From Nitrospinales bacterium (GTDB lineage: Bacteria; Nitrospinota; Nitrospinia; Nitrospinales; VA-1): a stretch of DNA of 64,000 bases. The notes beneath the pieces are model-generated. The model had not been told where the DNA came from and did not search any database. It saw only the letters and a program-made list of their open reading frames with translations. Shown here in pieces: positions 20,682 through 34,534 of this stretch. The DNA lies in NCBI GenBank assembly GCA_965223345.1, contig CBDCWG010000012.1, positions 2,240,001 through 2,304,000 of the forward strand. The letters run 5' to 3'. Within the stretch, counting starts at the first letter, position 1, and each line of letters begins with the position of its first letter. Both the position numbers and the translations under genes were made by a program.

Positions 20682-20894
20682 AATTTTTTCCTAAATAATC
20701 AAAGTGTATGTCATAGCTGCGGGTCTGCGGGAAATCGCGGTTTTGATTCAATCTAGAAAACCTAAATTCTACCGAAATGGGTTTTATTTTTAAAGAATTA
20801 TCCAACAGGCCTTGGGGCGTTGGCGACAGCAAGCATTTCCAATGAGGATTGAGGAGCAAAAAACTGTGATTGAGGGGAAGGGTAGGGGGAGAAA

Positions 20895-20926
20895 GCAAAA
20901 AAATAACCCGCCTTGCGGCGGGTTAT
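20895..20926 (-). terminator. Rho-independent terminator of the rrn operon
   Basis: Minus strand ATAACCCGCC-GCAA-GGCGGGTTAT followed by a T-run. Confidence 0.9.
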
Positions 20927-20933
20927 AGAATAA

Positions 20934-21050
<117 letters not shown>

Positions 21051-21124
21051 AATCTTTTGTGGCTTCAACGGGGTTGAAGCGTGTTTATTTTGACAATTGA
21101 ATTCGTTTAAAGCAGAGAGAAAAT

Positions 21125-24156
<3,032 letters not shown>

Positions 24157-24187
24157 AAATTTCTCAGCTACTTCAAACGATATTCAA

Positions 24188-24199
24188 TTGTCAAAGAAC
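24188..24199 (-). promoter_or_regulatory. Spacer boxA antitermination element
   Basis: GTTCTTTGACAA just upstream of the 23S gene. Confidence 0.7.
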
Positions 24200-24262
24200 G
24201 GTTGCCCCACAGGGCATGTTCGTATTCGAATCCAAGCTGGTCTTTTTTCAGAGTAGGGGGGA

Positions 24263-24335
24263 TGGAGGTGAACGGGCTCGAACCGATGACCTCCTGCGTG
24301 CAAGGCAGGCGCTCTCCCAGCTGAGCTACACCCCC
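24263..24335 (-). tRNA. tRNA-Ala(TGC), 3' CCA not encoded
   Basis: GGGGGTGTAGCTCAGCTGGGAGAGCGCCTGCCTTGCACGCAGG..GGTTCGAGCCCG..CACCTCCA. Confidence 0.96.
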
Positions 24336-24366
24336 GTTTCTCGATAACCGGTCCCGCTCTGAAGTA

Positions 24367-24443
<77 letters not shown>

Positions 24444-24562
24444 AAATCTATTGCTGAAAGCCCATTGACTCCTTGGATTTCGAAAAAAAGAGAGGAATAG
24501 GTGCCACAGAAATTGCGGGTATCGATCTTGAGGTTCTGTCCACCGCTTGCGCGGTTTCAGAA

Positions 24563-26093
<1,531 letters not shown>

Positions 26094-26163
26094 TAAACAG
26101 AAAGTTGTTACCTGTAAAAATTAACTACTCATGGACCCGCAACGTCTAATGACACCTATTCAC

Positions 26164-26226
26164 TTTTCAAAGAGCTTTTTGTTTCAAATAAGCGTGCTAA
26201 TCTAAACTTTTTTTAAACAAAGTCAA
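26164..26226 (-). promoter_or_regulatory. rrn promoter and leader boxA
   Basis: TTGACT(26226-26221)-N16-TAGATT(26204-26199), AT-rich upstream tract, boxA GCTCTTTGAAAA at 26175-26164. Confidence 0.75.
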
Positions 26227-26750
26227 TCAAAAAAATTTAGATCCGGAATCTTTACAAGATCCCTCATAAAAAAAACCTTTTTGTGAAAGCGGCGATGCGT
26301 CAAACCCAAATTTCCGCCTTCAAATAAAGGTTTTTTAATCTAAATCAGCGTGGTCGCTTGTGCAGGTAACAATATAGATTTTCGGAGAAACAATATCAAG
26401 TGGTTTTTTGCTTTTTTTCATCATTTCCTCATCCTTTTCAAAGAATTTTCGTGCTGGGGTTTTCCCTGAAAGCAGAGGGGCTTACGGTGGATGGCGCGCT
26501 GCCGATGAACCCGTTTTAGCTAACAGTTTGATATCTTTTGCTTTAGAGGGAGACGAAAAAATGCGGCCGCTGAAAACAAAGGTGGAGGACCGTCCGGGCG
26601 GTTTTTGGCGATTTGCGGGGGAATCGTCGGGCGTTCGGCTTTTGCCGGAGCGCTGCTCGCTCTCGTTTCGCGGGAAATTGACCGGGCCGCTTTCGGCGGG
26701 CGAATAATTTGTGCGCCGATGCGGGGGAAATGGGGCGGGTTTGCCCGGTT

Positions 26751-28502
<1,752 letters not shown>

Positions 28503-28748
28503 AGTCGGAGTGCGAGGTGAAAAGACTCATTATTTACGACCGGGCCGGTGAAAACAAGGGATTTCCCATCTTGGGAGCGGGGGAGGGTACAATGGACCCC
28601 GTTTCCGAGGCCCGGCGTTCAACGGGATGCGGAACCCGGTTTTCGCACTCGCCGGCGGCGGCCGGATTGTGCCAGAATGGGCAAAATGTCAAATTGGTTT
28701 TTGAAACCTTTGCGCAAATCGGACGAACAAAGATTGTGACTTTAATGA

Positions 28749-28830
28749 TGTCACCCTGAGTTTGTCGAAGGGTGTGGGATCATGCTTCGACAGAGCTTGC
28801 CCTGAGCTTGCCGAAGGACTCAGCATGACA
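28749..28830. repeat. REP-like palindromic element with a nested extra unit
   Basis: TGTCACCCTGAGTTTGTCGAAGG...CTTCGACAG[AGCTTGCCCTGAGCTTGCCGAAGG]ACTCAGCATGACA. Confidence 0.75.
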
Positions 28831-28869
28831 AGTTAGAAACGTTTGCAAAGGTTTCAATGAAGGGTGGAT

Positions 28870-29727
28870 ATGGTTTGGAACAAACTGGCGATTCTGTTTG
28901 AAGACATCAAGCTCAAGCACACGGTGTTCGCGCTGCCGTTCGCGTTCATCAGTGCGTTTCTCGCAGCCGGCGGCCTGCCCGCAGGCGAGAAAATCCTCTG
29001 GATCGTGGTGGCCATGTTCGGCGCGCGCAGCGCGGCGATGGCGTTCAACCGCATCGTGGACGCGAAGTACGACGCCAACAACCCGCGCACGCAAAGCCGG
29101 GCGCTGCCTTCCGGAAAGATCGGTGTGCGAGCGTACTGGGTGTTTCTCGTGCTGTGCTCGGTGCTGTTCGTGTTCGCGGCGGCCATGCTGAACACGCTGG
29201 CGCTGTATCTCTCTCCGGTGGCGCTGGCGATTGTGTTTTTTTATTCTTTGACCAAACGCTTCACAGCGTACTCGCATTTCTGGCTGGGGCTGGCGATCTC
29301 TGTCGCGCCGGTCGGGGCGTGGGTGGCCATCCGCGAGGAAATCTCGCTCACCTCGCTCATCCTCGGGACGGCGGTGCTGTTCTGGCTGGTGGGGTTCGAC
29401 ATCATCTACGCCTGCCTCGATGTGGATGCGGATGAGAAAAACCGGCTGTTTTCCATCCCGCAGCGCTTCGGTGTGAAAAGAGCGCTCATCTTCGCCGCCA
29501 TCGCCCATGCGGTGATGGTGCTGTTCCTGCTGGTGCTGCTGATCTCGCCGCTGCTCGGCGGCGTGTATCTCACCGGCGTGGCGCTGGTGGCGGGGCTTCT
29601 GTGGTATGAGCATTCCCTGGTGAGTCAGGAAGATCTATCAAAGGTCAACGTCGCCTTCTTCAACGTCAACGGGATCGTCAGCCTTCTCCTCATGACGCTC
29701 GTCATCGTCGATTGCGTGTGGGTGTGA
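28870..29727 (+). CDS. UbiA-family prenyltransferase of the futalosine menaquinone pathway (MqnP-like)
   Basis: KHTVFALPFA, ARSAAMAFNRIVDAKYDANNPRT, YSLTKRF, GFDIIYACLD, NVAFFNVNG; mqnE nearby. Confidence 0.88.
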   Translation: MVWNKLAILFEDIKLKHTVFALPFAFISAFLAAGGLPAGEKILWIVVAMFGARSAAMAFNRIVDAKYDANNPRTQSRALPSGKIGVRAYWVFLVLCSVLFVFAAAMLNTLALYLSPVALAIVFFYSLTKRFTAYSHFWLGLAISVAPVGAWVAIREEISLTSLILGTAVLFWLVGFDIIYACLDVDADEKNRLFSIPQRFGVKRALIFAAIAHAVMVLFLLVLLISPLLGGVYLTGVALVAGLLWYEHSLVSQEDLSKVNVAFFNVNGIVSLLLMTLVIVDCVWV

Positions 29728-29798
29728 GGATGCTCTGCTCAGAAAATTTGTCAATAAAGCTGAGATGTCAATTGACGTTGTTTTAAAAGTTGCTTGTC

Positions 29799-30503
29799 TT
29801 AATTGAATTTTTCAAAAATCTGTTTGGCGGCATTGGCATAAACCAGTTTTTTAAGTTCGATTACTTTTTCTTGTTCCTTACCCTCCCGACCGATTATGGA
29901 GCTCATAAACTCTTCTTCAACGGGAGAGGGTTGAATCATTTTCCACGAACCAGTTTCGACATTGATGATTGCGAATTTCAGCCTTATACGCATTTGCGTG
30001 TTCTCATCTGGCAGAGACCAGCCTACAAAAGGAACCCAGGAGATATTTTTGGAAGCGAGGCTTTTTTTAGCTGTCTCGACAATGCCCCAATAGACAACCA
30101 GATGTTTGTTGCCACCGGATGCGGCTATGTAGCGAAGTGCTTTGTTGAGGTTATCTCCGGAATATTTGTCATTGGAACCACTCAGAATATTGACATCCCA
30201 ATACTGAGACATGGATTCGATCATTTCACTGTCCGGATAGTCGGCCCCGGATTGAATCAATAGTATTGAATCGCCTTTGGGTAGGTCTACTGAAGTTGCT
30301 GTGGCCATCACTTCAGATATATTTTCTTCCGTTATTGAAGAAAGATTTCTTATTCCCAATACCTTAAGCTCGTTCAATTCTTTTTGTTGTGCGTTGTATC
30401 CCGGAACCTTGTTCTCACTTTGCGCATAGCCGGTTTCGGAAATGGATTTGGAACAGCTAAATAGGAAAACAACCAGCAATCCCATAACAAGAAATCTCTT
30501 CAT
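29799..30503 (-). CDS. Hypothetical lipoprotein, AT-rich
   Basis: SD AAGGAG, lipobox LFSC; A/T-ending codons unlike the flanking genes. Confidence 0.8.
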   Translation of the reverse strand: MKRFLVMGLLVVFLFSCSKSISETGYAQSENKVPGYNAQQKELNELKVLGIRNLSSITEENISEVMATATSVDLPKGDSILLIQSGADYPDSEMIESMSQYWDVNILSGSNDKYSGDNLNKALRYIAASGGNKHLVVYWGIVETAKKSLASKNISWVPFVGWSLPDENTQMRIRLKFAIINVETGSWKMIQPSPVEEEFMSSIIGREGKEQEKVIELKKLVYANAAKQIFEKFN

Positions 30504-30726
30504 GGTTTCTCCTTTAATAGTCTTTGCCAATACCCTTAACCGATTGTAGAAAAAATACGACTCTTCGAAAGCTTACTCTACTTTCTTTCCGAATTCAGTG
30601 CAAATATCTGTTTTTATATCGCTAAAATCGGATTTGTCGAGGGGGGACGACCTCGCTATGTATCCTTTGCTTTCATCTTCATTTCCAGTATAATTTCCAC
30701 TTTGGTCATCATTTTGAGGATTTTCG

Positions 30727-31827
30727 ATGCTGTTTGAATTTCAGGATGCGGCGCTCGCGCCTTTGGAAGACAAGGTGAGGGCGGGGGAGCGGCTCTCCTT
30801 TGAGGAGGGGGTGCTGTTGTGGAAGAGTTTCGACCTGCTGGGTGTGGGCTATCTCGCCAACATCGCGCGCGAGGCGCGCCACGGCGACGACACGTATTTC
30901 ATCCACAACCGCCACATCAATCCCACCAACATCTGCATCCACAGCTGCCGCTTCTGCGCTTTCGGCGTGAAGGCGGACGACCCGACGGCCTACCAAAAAT
31001 CGCTCAAGGAAATCTTCGACGACGCGGAACAATACCGCGACGGCAAGGTGAGCGAGTTTCACATCGTCGGCGGCCTGCACCCGGATCTGCCGTTCGAGTA
31101 TTACGAGGACATGCTGATCGGCCTCAAGGAGCGCTTCCCGCAGGTGCACATCCAGGCGTTCACGGCGGTGGAGCTGGGCTACCTGGCGGAGCTGGCCGGC
31201 ATGTCGCTTCGGGACACGCTGGAGCGGCTCATGCGGGCCGGGCTGGGGTCCATCCCCGGTGGCGGCGCGGAGATTTTTGCGGAACGCGTGCGGAAGAAAA
31301 TCTGCGGAGAAAAAACCACCGGTGACGACTGGCTCACCATCCACCGCACGGTGCACGAGGTGGGTATGAAGAGCAACGCCACCATGCTGTACGGCCACAT
31401 CGAGACCGCGGAAGAGCGCACCGATCACCTGATCCAGCTGCGCGAGTTGCAGGATTCGGCGCCCGGTTTTCTGACTTTCATTCCGCTGGCGTTTCATCCT
31501 GAAAACACGCGCCTCGACCACCTGCACACCACGCCGGGACAGCTCGATCTCAGGGCGCTGGCGGTCTCGCGGCTGATGCTCGACAACTTTCCCCACATCA
31601 AGGCGTTCTGGATCATGATCACGCCCAACATCGCACAGCTTTCGCAATCCTTCGGCGCCAACGACATGGACGGCACGGTGGTGGAGGAGAAGATCATCCA
31701 CGCGGCGGGAGCGGCGACGGAGCAGATCTTTCATAAAAACGTCATCGCCGACATGATTGTGGAAGCGGGCCGCCGCCCGATGGAGCGCGACACGCTGTAC
31801 GAAGACACCCACGAGTGCCTCGTCTGA
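30727..31827 (+). CDS. mqnE: Aminofutalosine synthase (radical SAM)
   Basis: NRHINPTNICIHSCRFCAF, HIVGGLHP, PGGGAEIF, NATMLYGHIE, FIPLAFHPENT, DNFPHIKAFW, DGTVVEEKI. Confidence 0.92.
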   Translation: MLFEFQDAALAPLEDKVRAGERLSFEEGVLLWKSFDLLGVGYLANIAREARHGDDTYFIHNRHINPTNICIHSCRFCAFGVKADDPTAYQKSLKEIFDDAEQYRDGKVSEFHIVGGLHPDLPFEYYEDMLIGLKERFPQVHIQAFTAVELGYLAELAGMSLRDTLERLMRAGLGSIPGGGAEIFAERVRKKICGEKTTGDDWLTIHRTVHEVGMKSNATMLYGHIETAEERTDHLIQLRELQDSAPGFLTFIPLAFHPENTRLDHLHTTPGQLDLRALAVSRLMLDNFPHIKAFWIMITPNIAQLSQSFGANDMDGTVVEEKIIHAAGAATEQIFHKNVIADMIVEAGRRPMERDTLYEDTHECLV

Positions 31828-31887
31828 TCGTTTCCTATTCCCTCGTTTCAATCCTTCCCTGAATTCACCCCGAATCAAGCAAACGGT

Positions 31888-32547
31888 TCAAGCGCCGGGG
31901 CTTTCTCTCGAGGCTTTGCGCATCTCGGCCACCGACCGGCCGATCACAAAAAACGCCGTGCGCAAAAACAGGGCGGAGATCATCGCGCCCACGATGATGT
32001 CGGGAAACGCCGTGCCGGTGAAGTGAACGCCCGCCGCCGCGAGCAGGACCCCGGCATTGCCGATGACATCGTTTCTCGAGCACAGCCAGACCGACTGCAT
32101 GTTGAGGTTGTCGTCGCGGTGCGGCGTCAGCAGGTACAGGCAGAACGCGTTGACCGCCAGCGCCAGCAGGCCGACCCCCGCCATGATCGCATCTGTGGGC
32201 ATGCTCCCGTGCAGCAGCTTGAAGAACACCTGCACGAGCACGCCCAACCCGAATGCGGCCTGAATGAGGCCCTTGAGAAGCGCCGCGCCGGACTGCCACA
32301 GCGCGCTGCGGGCCAGCGCGTACAGGCTGATGCTGTAGGTCAGGGCATCGCCCAGCATATCGAGAGAATCGGCCAACAGGGCGGAAGAATCCGCGCGCAG
32401 CCCGGCGATGAACTCCAGGAAAAACATGAACACGTTGACGCACAACACCCACAGCAGCACACGCCGGTGTTTTTCCTGCAGGGGATGGGGCTCGTTCGGG
32501 CTGATATCGCAGCATCCGCTCATGGGGTCTCCACATTCGTTGGTCAC
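31888..32547 (-). CDS. Cation diffusion facilitator (short CDF, no C-terminal domain)
   Basis: SSALLADSLDMLGDA, NMQSVWLCSRNDVIGN; N-terminal GCC. Confidence 0.88.
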   Translation of the reverse strand: MTNECGDPMSGCCDISPNEPHPLQEKHRRVLLWVLCVNVFMFFLEFIAGLRADSSALLADSLDMLGDALTYSISLYALARSALWQSGAALLKGLIQAAFGLGVLVQVFFKLLHGSMPTDAIMAGVGLLALAVNAFCLYLLTPHRDDNLNMQSVWLCSRNDVIGNAGVLLAAAGVHFTGTAFPDIIVGAMISALFLRTAFFVIGRSVAEMRKASRESPGA

Positions 32548-33030
32548 ATTCTAGCAAGGGATGGCAACGCCGGGGAAATGCAAGTTGGGAGAGCGCGGAT
32601 TCCGTGAGAGACCTCGGGGGTTGCCGGAGTTGCAGGGCAGGGGGGCGATTCCGGCTCAATGCTGTCGCTGTCGGGAGGGATTTTTTTAGCGTTCCGATGG
32701 GGGTTCGCCGCATCCGGTGGGGCAGAATCGCGGAATTTCCGCCGGTTAGGGCGCGGGGCCCGGAACGGGTGTTCGCGGGCTGCCGCTCCCTTGTTTTTTA
32801 TCCATATTCTAAGGATTTGCGGGGAACAGAATTCGGGTTGACAAAGTTACATTAGCAGTTTAAATATATAGTTATAGGGTAAATAAATTGTTAAGAACCA
32901 ATGGGTTATGGGGTGGGTGTCTCAGCGGCCCTGTTTCCCACAGATGTGGTTTTGTGGCTGAAACGCATCCTGCCGGGTTCGCGAAAATGCAATGTTCCAA
33001 TCCTTAACTATTCAACAGGGGGTTTGAGTT

Positions 33031-33408
33031 ATGAGCTACGATGGAAAAAAGGTTTTGGTTGTGGATGATTCTTCCGTCATGCGGCAGATCATCAAAAAGA
33101 ATTTGAAAGAACTCGGCTTCGGCGACATCACCGATGCGGAAGACGGAGCGGCCGGCCTGAAGAAACTGGGGGAAGGCTCCATCGACCTGGTGGTTTCGGA
33201 CTGGAACATGCCCAAGATGACGGGGATCGAATTTTTAAAAGCCGTGCGTGCGGACGCCAATCTCAAAGGCACCAATTTCCTCATGGTGACCTCGGAAGCC
33301 GACAAGGAAAAAATCATGGAAGCGGTGGAAGCCGGTGTGAACCAGTACATTGTGAAACCCTTCAACGCCAATCAGCTGGAAGAAAAGATCCAGGCCATCT
33401 TCAAATAA
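33031..33408 (+). CDS. cheY: Chemotaxis response regulator
   Basis: VLVVDDS, SDWNMPKMTG, MVTSE, YIVKPF; single receiver domain. Confidence 0.93.
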   Translation: MSYDGKKVLVVDDSSVMRQIIKKNLKELGFGDITDAEDGAAGLKKLGEGSIDLVVSDWNMPKMTGIEFLKAVRADANLKGTNFLMVTSEADKEKIMEAVEAGVNQYIVKPFNANQLEEKIQAIFK

Positions 33409-33615
33409 GCGGGGGGCTGGATCGGGTATTCTTTGAGCCGGGGGTGTTGGCGGGTGAGACGCAAGCGGTTTGCGCCTTTCCTCCAATCTCCCTCCTGGCG
33501 GGTTTTCCCGAGTGGGGAACCCGGTCTTCCTGCCCGGATTGTCAGTGATCCCTCCGGTTACTTGTGAGCCGTTGAAAGCAGACCTTTTTTCAATGGTTCC
33601 GGGGATTATCGGCAT

Positions 33616-33657
33616 TGTAAATTTACATTGACTGTTCTTAAAAAAATAATTTATAAT
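33616..33657 (+). promoter_or_regulatory. Putative sigma70 promoter of cheX-cheA-cheW with an abutting palindrome
   Basis: TTGACT(33628)-N18-TATAAT(33652); perfect palindrome TGTAAATTTACA at 33616-33627. Confidence 0.6.
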
Positions 33658-33752
33658 TGAAATATCAGTGGTTATCAGCTTTTTCATCGTAAAAAGTTGG
33701 ATCGAGGATATTTTCAGATGAGCAAACGAGACCGTAACCAAACGGGGATGCC

Positions 33753-34271
33753 ATGAAAGCTACGGAAATGATGGGTAAGGAAATGCCTGCGATTATCACC
33801 AATTGCGTCAAAGATTCGGTCTCCTCGATCTTTGGAACCATCATTGGTGCGACTCCGGAATTCGACGGAGACGATGAAAGCAGAAATGTCGGTGACGGGG
33901 TGGTCGGGATCATTTCCTTCGTGGGGGATGTCTCCTGGCTGTTGATGCTAGCTCTGCCCAAGCAGTCGGCCTGCAACATCGCCTCCGGCTTTTGCGGGTT
34001 TGAGATCGACTACGACAGCCCCGACATGGGAGACGTGGTCGGCGAACTCGCCAATGTGTTGGCCGGAGACATCGTGGCCCGTCTCGCCCAGGAGGAACTC
34101 AAGGTGGCCATGTCTTTGCCGACGATCATGCGCGGCAAGGACGTCGAACCGCTGCTGCCCCGGGGGCTTCCGCACAAGAAAATGCATTACACCATGGAGC
34201 AGGGCGAATTCATGATCAAACTGGCCGTCGCCGGTCAGGACGACGGTATCGGGCGCAAACCCGGAACCTGA
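33753..34271 (+). CDS. cheX: CheY-P phosphatase CheX
   Basis: GIISFVGD, DVVGELANVLAG (ExxN motif), MSLPTI. Confidence 0.9.
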   Translation: MKATEMMGKEMPAIITNCVKDSVSSIFGTIIGATPEFDGDDESRNVGDGVVGIISFVGDVSWLLMLALPKQSACNIASGFCGFEIDYDSPDMGDVVGELANVLAGDIVARLAQEELKVAMSLPTIMRGKDVEPLLPRGLPHKKMHYTMEQGEFMIKLAVAGQDDGIGRKPGT

Positions 34272-34534
34272 TTCGCTTTATACGCAATGTGAAACGATGG
34301 AACCGGTCTTGATTGTTGCATGCTGAAACTCCCGCGGTTTTCCCTCCCTTCGTTGAGAAAGACAGATCCCTGGCACCGCGATGAGGGGCGGAAACCGGAA
34401 TGAAAAAGGACGCGAACCCCAGTCCCGATCCGAGCCCGAATGCGGATGCTTCGCCGGTCGCCCCGGACATGACGCCCGATGCGGCGCTGACGGGCGGGCC
34501 GACATCCGATTCTTCCCGAGAGGACACCGACGGT

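Noticed and set aside
28749..28830. Possible CRISPR mini-array
   Set aside because: Only two direct units within a palindrome, no regular spacers, no cas genes.
32838..32866. TTGACA promoter candidate upstream of cheY
   Set aside because: No good -10 at canonical spacing; too weak to call.
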